Counted from the first letter of the stretch, positions 46,289 through 55,411 are shown. The stretch is DNA of 64,000 nt from Dehalococcoidia bacterium (GCA_034423195.1 DAOUIZ010000023.1:92028-156027); one strand, 5' to 3'. A program made the numbers and translations. Notes: generated by a model from the letters alone, not told the origin.

Positions 46289-49200
46289 CTACAGCTCTGC
46301 CCGAGCCTCCCATTCATCATCGTGGTCCCGTGCGGATTTAACGCTCGATTCTATCCCTCGCAACATGCGCTTGGCCCAAGTCCGGGCAGTTCTCTTGGGA
46401 TGATCCTGCAACACGGTAAAGGGCCCCCTGAACATCTCGAAGTATGCTGTTGCACTGCCTGACCACCCGAAAGTGTTAAGGTTTGTCCCAATGGCGCGCC
46501 ACACGTCGTCTCGGTCCCCGAATTCATCAATCAGCCTCGACATCACTGGATGCAAAGTGCGTTCCGGCTGGCCGGGCACATAGCTGTCCAGGATGGGCAC
46601 AACTTCGGCTGCAAACGCTGGGGCACCGTCTGGATGAGTATGACACCAAGCAAAAAGAACGTCCTCAGGTAGGCTGAGTATCGGAGAGCTAGCCTTGCGG
46701 TCCGAAAAAGCGTCGCCCCGTAGAACGGTCCGAAACACCCACTTCTTCAGCGGCTCCGACAAAGCAGCTCGACCCCAGAGTGGCCACACGATTTCAGGAA
46801 AACCCGAAAGCAGTGCGGGCACCAGTGGAGCCAAGAGTTGCCCCTCTTCATACTCGGTTGCATTAACCAACAGATTCGCAAGCTTTAAGGCGACCGTCCT
46901 AGCATCCCCGTCATCTCTCCCTTTGGCCAGAACCCAGCCCAGTATTTCTGAAAAGTCGTGAGAAGCATCAGTCCTTCCACTATCCAACTCCCAGTCGGCC
47001 GCCTTCTCCACCGCTAGAAGAATCTGGGGCCTGAGACCTTCCAGCAATTTCCGATCTCTGAAGGTGTACATCTGCATTAGGTCCAAGGCCACTCGATACG
47101 CTTCAGCGCTATGCGAGAACATCGCATCGAAGAGCGGCGCGACAGTCACTGCCGGAAGCTTTGCGAGTTCTCCCCCCAGAGCCCAGCATTGAAGATGCCC
47201 GGCCGATAACCGCCCTTCCTCAAGGGCCTCTACAGCGACAGAGATGTCAGATCCCCTTATTCCCATGCGAAGGCATAAAAACGGAAATGCAGGAGTAAAC
47301 TCCGGACTCCCCGCAATCAGCTGCTTTAACTGCACCTCATGCTGAGGGTGGTCCGCAGCAAGGCGAGAAACAAGCCCTGAAAGAAGCCCCAAATCGCGGT
47401 ACTGCTCCGGAACATCCAGTGCCGCTCTAATTATGGGCTTCAACCAATCCAGAGGAGACTGTGAGAACTCCGCGATGGCCGATCCAAAATCGAAAGTCCG
47501 GCGTTGCGGGCTCCTGCCGTAATGACTCCGTGGTGGCACACGGCTGAGCAGATCAAGATGACTTTCCAGTTCTTCTGAATCTTGCACAAGATCCCTGGCC
47601 AATTCCCTGATTGCATCGCTCTGCATCTCCTGGCGGGCCTCGTAGTCCAAATTCTCGTCGTCCGGATAGTCCCACGACATCTCCGTCACCACGAGGCGGA
47701 TGCGAGACTCAACATCTTTGGGTTGCAGGCCCATGATAAGTTCCCTGATGCGGTTCACTTCCCCGGAATCAATCCGCCCTGCGTCGTATCGCAGCACATC
47801 TCCCAAACCTTCCAAGGCCTCTGGCCAATGCAGCATCGCGGAGCCCACGTCCTTTACCGCCGTCTCAACCGTGTCGATGAATCCGTCCCGTACCAGGGAG
47901 CGTAGCTGGCGCCCCAAGTTGCTGCGCGCCTTGTTTCCCAACTCATCCTCCCTCTTAGCAAAATCCGACAGCCGGGATGCACATCCCTCGATGTAGTTCT
48001 TCGCATCTAGGCCACTGGAAGGACGCCAGGATTCTAGATTGGGCCTAGAACCATGGGCCCCTGCACTGCCCAGCCGGAAATAATGATTTGTCAGGCATCC
48101 TCTGGACAGCGCTTCCGCGACTAGGTCCAACTGCTTGGGATCGTCAGTCGCAGAAACATCGTCCAAAAATCTCAACCTCAACTCAGCGCCAGCTGCAGTT
48201 CCGGCCAGAAAAAGAGGGAAGAGTCCTTTGAACTGTTCGGTAGCGTTGTTCCCCCATCTCTCGTTCTCCGCTATGGCGAGTCGAAGCAGAAGCCCAGCCC
48301 CTTCCTCAAAAGTGTCTTCCCTGAAGGCGATCTTCTCCAACGAAACGACCAGATTCCGGCGCAAACCGCCCCCAACTTTTTCGAGATGTCCTGCCTCATC
48401 AAAGAATCTCTCAATCACCCGGTAAACAACCACCGGGTCTACTTCAGCCAAGGATGAAATAACACGGGAGTTCCCTGACTCGAGAACCCCTTTCAAACCC
48501 CAGAATGGACCACCCTCCCGGCAAACATGCTCCACCACCCGTACAGCATGTTCCGTGGTATTAAGCAATGCCAACTGCCGCGAGGCCAGGTCTTTGAGTG
48601 TAGGACTGGCACCTCCTCCCAGTACCTGGTCCCATTTGTCAGGTGACCAATGGCGCCACTGCCTCCCTGCAAGATTCAACGAGATCGGCCGTGGTTGCAT
48701 GACAGCGAACCCCCCGCGTCGTTGAAGTGCTCCCCTCTCCAGCAGTTCTTGGACATCTGAATACAGTTCATCGAGAGAGACTCGGCCATCGATTTCCGCC
48801 AACTCTCCGAGTTGAACCGCTTGCCCATATTCATCTCCGATGATCTGGAGTGGACTGGGTTCGACCTGAACCAACCCGTTGCTCGCCACCAAGGCGGCGG
48901 TCCTGAGTAAACCGGCGGCATTTCGCGGGTTTCTGCCTAGGACAAAGGCGTTGACGAGATCGTCATCACTGGCTTGCGCCACCGGAAGCCGGTTTCGCCA
49001 GGCTATGGAAATTCGGAGGGCCATTCCCGGGAAGCCCTTGGAAAAGCGTTCCAGCCGACTCCGATCCTCCGGACCGAGACTCAATTGCTGTTCGATGATC
49101 CCTTGGGTTACATCTTGGGGGGCCTCCACTACCAGATAGGTGTCGTCGTCGAGCTGACCCTGAGGAATCTCATAGTCGATGGTCAAGAGCGAAGAACGAC

Positions 49201-50356
49201 TGCCGGCTCGGGCGACTATACCAGCGAGTTTCCTATGCGTATCAGGAGGACAGTCATCCACCACAACCACCACTCCCGCCCCCATATCGGCAAACCGCTG
49301 AGTAGCTTCAATGATTCTCTCCGCTGGTGTCTCCGACTCGGCGGCGTAGAGAACAATCTCGCGCATACTGGACTCATCCAATGCACTGTCTTCATTCGAT
49401 CCCAGCGCCTCAAGGGCAAGTCGAGTCTTGCCAACTCCCGACAGTCCCACGACTCTGGAAGCTGTACGCGGCGAGCTCAGTCTGTCCCGCAGCCAACTGC
49501 GTAAACCGGCAAGTCTCTCGTCGTCGACCCATCCGTGGAGATCGTGTTCGGAGCGTCCCGACCAGTGGTCCCAAGAACGAAACGGTTCAGCTCCTGCAGA
49601 CTGGGTCCTTTCCCTAACCCACGCAACCACAGACGGATGGAGGTTCGTCCAAGAGGCAACTTGATCCGCATCCCAGAAACTGACCCGTTCATCTTCGACG
49701 GCAAGTTCTGCCTTCCCGAGCGAGGCCAGAATTGCCTCCTTCCTTCGTTGGATTGCCTTCTGGGTGAATGAGGCAGTACAAATCAGAATGTAATGACCTC
49801 CTGCCGCTAGTGCTCCATGCACCATCTCCTTGACCCCGCCGTCGGTTGTGATAACGTCCTGCGCTGCACCGGAGGGAGATACGGGGCCGCTCTTTAACTG
49901 GAATTGGCAAAAGCGCGACGGGAGCATTGGAGTGCGCTCCGGCCCACCGGCCCACCGAATGCGTCCGTCCTCGCCTCCGTCGGGTGTATGGATGTTCCCT
50001 GCCACCTGAATGCCATCGACGGGCAAGCCATGAGTCCGCGCCTCGGCCAGCAATAGCCTTCGCAGCAGATTCGCCAGTTGGTGTGCATCCAGCACTGAGA
50101 TCTGTTGTCCGCTCACCTCCAAGGGGCCTGCACCGGGTGCTCTGGAGGGTTTATTCCTTGGATCGCCTCCCAAGACCGATATCATGCTGGGATCGGCCTC
50201 CAACAGCCGCAGGAGGCGAACAGTAGATGCGGATGGTTTCACCGTCCCCGCCTCATACTTGGTGAAAGCCCTGGGTCCTCCACCAAGAAGTTCGCCTGCC
50301 TCCACTTGGGTAAGTCCTAAAGAAACTCGAACATCCTTGATCTCTTCCGGCGTCAT
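46289..50356 (-). CDS. HTH (MqsA/XRE-like) + Mrr-cat-like nuclease + STAND P-loop NTPase + ~900-aa helical-repeat protein (Avs-like)
   Basis: aa 1-62: LGLTQVEAGELLGGGPRAFTKYEAG...LLRLLEADP. aa ~120-205: DGGEDGRI...CQFQLK...YILICTASFT. aa 303-311: GLSGVGKT. aa 361-368: VVVVVDDC. The remainder is alpha-helical repeat-like. Visibly lower GC than its neighbours. Confidence 0.75.
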   Translation of the reverse strand: MTPEEIKDVRVSLGLTQVEAGELLGGGPRAFTKYEAGTVKPSASTVRLLRLLEADPSMISVLGGDPRNKPSRAPGAGPLEVSGQQISVLDAHQLANLLRRLLLAEARTHGLPVDGIQVAGNIHTPDGGEDGRIRWAGGPERTPMLPSRFCQFQLKSGPVSPSGAAQDVITTDGGVKEMVHGALAAGGHYILICTASFTQKAIQRRKEAILASLGKAELAVEDERVSFWDADQVASWTNLHPSVVAWVRERTQSAGAEPFRSWDHWSGRSEHDLHGWVDDERLAGLRSWLRDRLSSPRTASRVVGLSGVGKTRLALEALGSNEDSALDESSMREIVLYAAESETPAERIIEATQRFADMGAGVVVVVDDCPPDTHRKLAGIVARAGSRSSLLTIDYEIPQGQLDDDTYLVVEAPQDVTQGIIEQQLSLGPEDRSRLERFSKGFPGMALRISIAWRNRLPVAQASDDDLVNAFVLGRNPRNAAGLLRTAALVASNGLVQVEPSPLQIIGDEYGQAVQLGELAEIDGRVSLDELYSDVQELLERGALQRRGGFAVMQPRPISLNLAGRQWRHWSPDKWDQVLGGGASPTLKDLASRQLALLNTTEHAVRVVEHVCREGGPFWGLKGVLESGNSRVISSLAEVDPVVVYRVIERFFDEAGHLEKVGGGLRRNLVVSLEKIAFREDTFEEGAGLLLRLAIAENERWGNNATEQFKGLFPLFLAGTAAGAELRLRFLDDVSATDDPKQLDLVAEALSRGCLTNHYFRLGSAGAHGSRPNLESWRPSSGLDAKNYIEGCASRLSDFAKREDELGNKARSNLGRQLRSLVRDGFIDTVETAVKDVGSAMLHWPEALEGLGDVLRYDAGRIDSGEVNRIRELIMGLQPKDVESRIRLVVTEMSWDYPDDENLDYEARQEMQSDAIRELARDLVQDSEELESHLDLLSRVPPRSHYGRSPQRRTFDFGSAIAEFSQSPLDWLKPIIRAALDVPEQYRDLGLLSGLVSRLAADHPQHEVQLKQLIAGSPEFTPAFPFLCLRMGIRGSDISVAVEALEEGRLSAGHLQCWALGGELAKLPAVTVAPLFDAMFSHSAEAYRVALDLMQMYTFRDRKLLEGLRPQILLAVEKAADWELDSGRTDASHDFSEILGWVLAKGRDDGDARTVALKLANLLVNATEYEEGQLLAPLVPALLSGFPEIVWPLWGRAALSEPLKKWVFRTVLRGDAFSDRKASSPILSLPEDVLFAWCHTHPDGAPAFAAEVVPILDSYVPGQPERTLHPVMSRLIDEFGDRDDVWRAIGTNLNTFGWSGSATAYFEMFRGPFTVLQDHPKRTARTWAKRMLRGIESSVKSARDHDDEWEARAEL

Positions 50357-50382
50357 CTAAACTCAACCTCGATGATAATAGT

Positions 50383-50434
50383 GACCAAAATGGTTTATAA
50401 CTACATTATAGACCATAATGGTCATCATTATCAA
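50383..50434 (-). promoter_or_regulatory. consensus-like promoter with two GACCA-N3-TGGTC operators upstream of the STAND gene
   Basis: On the minus strand: TTGATA (50429..50434), an 18-nt spacer, then TATAAT (50405..50410). Palindrome GACCATAATGGTC (50411..50423) fills the spacer. The related GACCAAAATGGTT (50383..50395) lies just downstream of the -10 element. Confidence 0.6.
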
Positions 50435-50484
50435 GACCTATTCGGGTCGATTCCGGTAGAGGGTAGAATCGTACGCTAGGGCCG

Positions 50485-50940
50485 TCATCGGCGTTTTGGC
50501 CACCGGTATTCGCCGGTGAGCAGGATGTGGGTCCACCCAAGGGGTGAGATGTTGGCCAGGAGCTCGGGCTCAACGGTCAGGCCGGCGTGTTTCCGCTGTC
50601 CGACCGCTTCGCCGAGATGGGCGGTATTCCAATAAATGAACGATGACGGCGAGGAGGTTGAGCCCAGCCATGCGGTAGTGCTGGCCCTCGCTGGAGCGGT
50701 CGCGGATTTCGCCTTGGCGCCCGATCCGGAGCGCGTTCTTGAGCTCGTGATGAGCCTCGCCCTTGTTCATCCCGGCCGACGCGGCGCTGCCCGTAAGGGG
50801 ATCGTCCAGAGGACGGCGCAGCCCGTCGTCCCGAGCTCCGCGGGACCCGAGCCAGCAACGTCTTATATGAATGGTACGGAAACAATTGCCGATGCGGGAC
50901 CCTATTCGTACACTTCCCCCATGACCGCAACACCCATGAC
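50485..50940 (-). pseudogene. tnpA: Tn3-family transposase C-terminal fragment (frameshifted)
   Basis: MNKGEAHHELKNALRIGRQGEIRDRSSEGQHYRMAGLNLLAVIV, then after a frameshift IYWNTAHLGEAV...ISPLGWTHILLTGEYRWPKRR and a stop. These are the conserved C-terminal blocks of Tn3 TnpA. Confidence 0.75.
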
Positions 50941-50944
50941 GGCA

Positions 50945-51302
50945 ATCCTCATCGGATGCCCGCGCCATCGCCGACCTGCTTCGGGAACGCGGCGTGAAAC
51001 TGGTCCTCGGACGGGCCCTCTACGACCCGGACGATCCCATGGGAAAGATGCTCTTCAATATCCTCGCCACCTTCGCCGAGTTCGAGGCTGATCTCATCCG
51101 CATGCGCACCCGCGAGGGCATGGCCACCGCCCGCGATAAGGGGAAATTGCGCGGCAAGCAGCCCAAACTGTCCGACCGACAGCAGCGGGAACTCCGCCGT
51201 ATGCACGCCACCGGCGAGTATTCCATCAGTGATCTCGCCGAACTCTTCTCCGTCTCAAGACCAACCGTCTATCGCACACTCAACCGGTGTCTTTCCCCTT
51301 AG
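50945..51302 (+). pseudogene. tnpR: resolvase (serine recombinase) fragment lacking the catalytic N-terminus
   Basis: ...IADLLRERGVKLVLGRALYDPDDPMGKMLFNILATFAEFEADLIRMRTREGMATARDKGKLRGKQPKLSDRQQRELRRMHATGEYSISDLAELFSVSRPTVYRTL. The catalytic Ser region is absent. The stop codon lies inside the right IR. Confidence 0.75.
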
Positions 51303-51335
51303 CGTACGATTCTGCCACTTACCGGAATCGCCCCG

Positions 51336-51905
51336 AGGTAGAGGACCACGCCCTCCCCCTCCTGGTCCCCCTTGGACTCCGGGATCCGGATGCGGCCGCT
51401 GCCGTCCCCCCAGCGCAGGGCGACGTCCACCAAGCCACAGCGGCGGGCGTGCTCCGCCGTCTCGGTGTGACCGCTCCTGGTCCGGCGGTGGGTGAAAGCG
51501 GTGGCGCGGATGGCCGCCAGGGCCTCGGCGTGGAGGGGAGCCGCCTACCTCTGGGGTCCCCGGAGGAGCCGGCCCAGCCCCCGCACCGTCTCCGCGACGT
51601 CGGAGCTATCGGGACGGGGCCAACCCGTCAGCTCCGCCCCCCTGACGATGGCCACCGTCCGGCAGGGCCTCTTCCAGGTCCTCGGGGAGGCTGAGCTCCT
51701 GCTCCTGGGCCCAGGCCTGGAACCGGTTCCAGTGGCTGCGGCAGGCCATGTTGGTGGCGTCAGGCCGGGCCAGTTGGCGGACTGCGGTCGGTAATCCGGG
51801 GTGAGAGGTATGACGTGGCCGAAGGTGGCCTGCGAGAGCAAGGGGATACCTCCACAACCGCCTGATAACGGTAATTGTCAGACGTTTGAGCTGGGCCCGC
51901 AACCG
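51336..51905 (-). pseudogene. decayed tyrosine recombinase, paralogue of the gene at 63475..64000, truncated by the Tn3 remnant
   Basis: Shares a perfect 40-bp block (51371..51410 = 63841..63880) and flanking ~80 percent similar DNA with the intact gene. It encodes ...WGDGSGRIRIPESKGDQEGEGVVLY up to the Tn3 IR. An N-terminal-like CRSHWNRFQAWAQEQELSLPE segment lies in another frame. Confidence 0.65.
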
Positions 51906-51910
51906 GCAAC

Positions 51911-54900
51911 TTATCCAGGTTCAGCGGCCATCTCCACCAGCCTCGCCACGGCGTTGGCGAGACGCATCTGGCGGGGAGTGCGGCAGCGCACCCTCAGCAC
52001 CCCGGGGCTGGCCACCACCACCGCCAGGCAGCGGGCCCGGCTGGTGGCGACGTTCAGCCGGTTCAGGCTGTAGAGGAACTCCATCCCGTGGGGAGCCTCC
52101 TCCGAGGAACTAGTCGCCATCGAGTAGATGGAGATGGGGGCCTCCTGCCCCTGGAACTTGTCCACGGTCCCTATTCGGAACCCGGGGAGCGCTTCCGTGA
52201 TTGCCCGCACCTGGGCGTTGTAGGGGGTTATGACCAGGACGTCGGATTCGGTGATCTCATGGACAGCGCCGTCGGCGTCGGTGTAGGTCGGGGCTGAACC
52301 GAGGAGACCCTGGACGATCCGGGCCACCCGGTCGGCTTCCTCAACAGACTCGCTGGACTGCCCGGTGTGGGCCACGGGAAGGAACCTGATCCCGGTCCCC
52401 GATAGCGGGGACACGCCGGCGAGGTCGATCAGTTCCCTTCCCTCATGGGAATGGAGCCTGCCCTCGTAGAAGACCTCGGACGTGTAGGCGGTGATCTCCG
52501 GGTGCAGTCTCCAGCTCCCATCGAGGAAGAGGCCCAACCCGCCGGGCATCACCCGTTCGCCATCCAGGAGATGGGCCAGGACCGAGCGCTCCGCCCCCGG
52601 GGGATGGGTGCCCTGGAGCGGCTGGTCCAGCTGCTGGGGATCGCCCAGCAGGACCAGGCTGGCGGCGCAAGGCGAAGCCGCCACCGCGTCGGCGAGGGAC
52701 ATCTGGCCCGCCTCATCGATGAACAGGACATCTACGGTACCGGTCATCTCCTCCCGGGCCCAGAGCCAGGTGGTTCCGCCGACCACGTCGACCGTACCAC
52801 CTTCCAGAGCGCCCAGCGCGGCGGGGTTGTCCTTGAGGAGGATGGCATCCCCAAAGGTGGGCTCGCCGGTTGCCCGCTGGCCTATCCTAACCTGGATCCC
52901 ACGTTTCTCCGCCTCCTCGGCGGTCTTGGCCAGCATCTCCCCGATGACCTTGTGGCTGTTGGCCGTCACGCCGACCCTCTTACCCCCTTCCACCAGGTCA
53001 ACTATCATCTCGGCGCCCACGGTGCTCTTGCCCGAGCCCGGCGGCCCCTGGATGGCCAGGTAGCTCTCATCGAGGGACGAGGCAATCCGGCGTGCGGCGG
53101 CCTCCGTCGTCTCCCCCTGCGCCCGGAGGACCTGATCTTCAGAACCAGCGAACCTGGGCGCCCGCCGGGCAAGCAGGTCGCGGGCGGCGCGAAACTCGCC
53201 GTGGTCTTCCATGCCGTGGCCCAGCACCCACCGGGCCAGGCGCTGCAGGCTTTCCGGCTTGGGCCCAGGACCGAAGAAGTCGAACGGGATCAGGGATGTG
53301 GCGGTGGGATCGGGACGGCCGTTACCCAGCCTGATGTCGATGACACCCCGGTCGTCGTCCAGGAAGAAGATCGTCCCAACCGAACGCCGCGTGTCGGGAT
53401 CGTGGGGCTGGCTGTCGACCCTGATCGCGTGTTCCTGGGGCGGGAAACGGAACCGATGGATGGTAGAGCGGGCCCGGGGAGCCGGGTCGGGCCAGGACTC
53501 CTGGTAGGTCAGCATGGCCAGCGCGTCCGACTCCTCGAAGCGCTCCTCGTCGGTCAGTTCGTTGGCAAGGTAGAAGTAACGCCACCAGAAGGACTTCGCC
53601 TCCCGCCGGTGCCAGTTGAGCAGCTGCGCCAGCAGCCACTGACCCCGCTCGACGTCGTTCATCTCCTCGAGGGACTCGGGCAGAGGGAAGACCAGGGCGT
53701 CGGCTAGGGCGTTCACCGCCTGCTGGGCCTCCGAGTCCTCAGTCTCCTCGGGCTGGGGGACGGAGGGCCTGGGAAGCTCTGAGCCGAGGTCATCTTCCAG
53801 CATGTTCCGCTGCCCTTCCAGCCAGTCCCGCAGGCGCATGGTGGAAACGCAGTCGTCCCGGTTGTACTCCTCGATCTCCTCCAGCAGCTCCTCCCGACCC
53901 TCGTCCTGTCCCAGCTCCAGCCAGGTCTCGAACTCCACGATGCTGCTGCCGGCATCCCGCAGGTCCACCTCCCGGGCATAACCGTAGAGGGGCTCCAGCC
54001 GCTTGATGGAGTAGCTCTCCACCGACGCCCGCACCCCCTGGCGCACCGCCCGGTGCAGGTCCACGAAGACCCTTCCCCGCAGCAGGTGGTCAACCTCCTC
54101 CTCCCGGGTGCCGTGGCGTCCCGCCAGCCGCTTGACGGCGGTGGGCTCGTAGGGAGCGTAGTGGTAGATGTGGAGGTTGGGGTCGGCGGCGAGGCGTTCC
54201 ATGACCAGGTCGATGAACCCCTCGAAGGCCCTCCGCTCCCCGCCGGTGGTGACGGTCCCGCCGTCGATGGCCCAGAAGGGGTGGAAGGCGGGATCTCCCG
54301 GCTCATCGGAGCGCCCGGGCTCGATGACGCCGAACAGGTACTCGATCCCGTCCACCTCGTCGGAGCTGAAGAAAGGGTCTCCCTCGATGTCGAAGAACAG
54401 GTCGCCCTCCGAGGGTTCGGGCAGCATCAGCAGGCCGTGATTGGGGACCAGCTCTCCGTCCCGGCCCCGGGGAGGATCGAGGCGTTCCGAGATGACCTCG
54501 CCGACCCGCTCGCCCTCCACCTGGATCCGGGCTTGGGCATGAATCCTCTCCAGCGCCTCCCTCCGGATGCTATTGGGATGCTCCCCCAGGGTCTCGAGAG
54601 GTTCGGCCAGGGTCGACCTGGTGGTGACTCCGACGCCGTGAAGGGCGTACCGCTGCCGGGAGCTGAGGTTGGCGACCAGGGCCAGGTCATCCCTTGCCCG
54701 CCACCAGGCGCTGCATTCCCCGCTCCAGCGGCACACGGCGCAGTGCTCCACCGGTTCCGGTGCGGTGGTCACCGGATAATCCGGCGTCCCGTCCAGCGTG
54801 GCCTCGAACTCCCGGGCCACCAGCCGGTGGTAGGCGGCGTAGTCGGCGAAGCGGAAGGAGACCGTCTCCCTCTGGACTCCCCCCAGGGCGAGGTGCATCT

Positions 54901-55411
54901 CGTCGGGCGGCCGGCCCTGGGCTTCGCCCAGCAGCTCCGAGTACATGCAGAGCTGGAGGACGGCCGAGGCCTTGGCATGGCGGGCCAGCTTGGTGTCCCA
55001 GACCTCGTAGCTCCAGTCTCCGAGGCCGCTGGGCTGGGGAACCCGCCGGAGGAAATCGGCGAATCCCAGCCGCCGCCCATCGAAGAGCACCGCCTGGTAG
55101 ATGACATTGACCCCGCTGCGCATCGCCTGGAGGGTGAGGTCCCTCCCCTCGACTAGGCGCTGGACAAAGGGCAACCCGGTAGCTGGTTCGAGGCGGACCA
55201 CCTCGACCCCGTCGGCCTCCAGGGACTCCAGGAAGCGCTCCTCGTGGAGCTGGCCGCGCTGGGTGATCCGGTCCAGCACCGGGTCTTCGCGCACCGGCCT
55301 CTCCAGGTGTCCCGAGACCGCGGCCCGCTCCAGGCTGGTCAGGTGACCGCATTCCAGGAATCCCACCAGGTCCGTTGCCGAGTAGACCAGGTTCCCACCG
55401 ATAAGTTGCAT
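51911..55411 (-). CDS. Cas4/Dna2-like Fe-S PD-(D/E)xK nuclease + DnaQ/RNase H-like exonuclease + SF1 (Upf1/Dna2-type) helicase fusion
   Basis: 1166 aa. Cys21 plus C224-x2-C-x5-C233; GFADFL...YEVWDTK nuclease motifs; FFDIEGDPF and HIYHYAPYE exonuclease-like blocks. From aa ~786: GPPGSGKST, LFIDEAGQ, LLGDPQQL, VDKFQGQE and LNVATSRAR helicase motifs. Confidence 0.8.
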   Translation of the reverse strand: MQLIGGNLVYSATDLVGFLECGHLTSLERAAVSGHLERPVREDPVLDRITQRGQLHEERFLESLEADGVEVVRLEPATGLPFVQRLVEGRDLTLQAMRSGVNVIYQAVLFDGRRLGFADFLRRVPQPSGLGDWSYEVWDTKLARHAKASAVLQLCMYSELLGEAQGRPPDEMHLALGGVQRETVSFRFADYAAYHRLVAREFEATLDGTPDYPVTTAPEPVEHCAVCRWSGECSAWWRARDDLALVANLSSRQRYALHGVGVTTRSTLAEPLETLGEHPNSIRREALERIHAQARIQVEGERVGEVISERLDPPRGRDGELVPNHGLLMLPEPSEGDLFFDIEGDPFFSSDEVDGIEYLFGVIEPGRSDEPGDPAFHPFWAIDGGTVTTGGERRAFEGFIDLVMERLAADPNLHIYHYAPYEPTAVKRLAGRHGTREEEVDHLLRGRVFVDLHRAVRQGVRASVESYSIKRLEPLYGYAREVDLRDAGSSIVEFETWLELGQDEGREELLEEIEEYNRDDCVSTMRLRDWLEGQRNMLEDDLGSELPRPSVPQPEETEDSEAQQAVNALADALVFPLPESLEEMNDVERGQWLLAQLLNWHRREAKSFWWRYFYLANELTDEERFEESDALAMLTYQESWPDPAPRARSTIHRFRFPPQEHAIRVDSQPHDPDTRRSVGTIFFLDDDRGVIDIRLGNGRPDPTATSLIPFDFFGPGPKPESLQRLARWVLGHGMEDHGEFRAARDLLARRAPRFAGSEDQVLRAQGETTEAAARRIASSLDESYLAIQGPPGSGKSTVGAEMIVDLVEGGKRVGVTANSHKVIGEMLAKTAEEAEKRGIQVRIGQRATGEPTFGDAILLKDNPAALGALEGGTVDVVGGTTWLWAREEMTGTVDVLFIDEAGQMSLADAVAASPCAASLVLLGDPQQLDQPLQGTHPPGAERSVLAHLLDGERVMPGGLGLFLDGSWRLHPEITAYTSEVFYEGRLHSHEGRELIDLAGVSPLSGTGIRFLPVAHTGQSSESVEEADRVARIVQGLLGSAPTYTDADGAVHEITESDVLVITPYNAQVRAITEALPGFRIGTVDKFQGQEAPISIYSMATSSSEEAPHGMEFLYSLNRLNVATSRARCLAVVVASPGVLRVRCRTPRQMRLANAVARLVEMAAEPG

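Larger units (their letters stand above)
50444..51334. mobile_element. internally deleted Tn3-family transposon remnant bounded by ~37-bp terminal inverted repeats
   Basis: Left IR 50444..50480 gggtcgattccggtagagggtagaatcgtacgctagg. The right IR 51298..51334 reverse complement is ggggcgattccggtaagtggcagaatcgtacgctaag. About 31 of 37 positions match, with a GGGG outer end and ACGCTAAG-like inner end as in the Tn3/Tn21 IRs I remember. The interior holds only the 3-prime ends of tnpA and tnpR. Confidence 0.75.
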
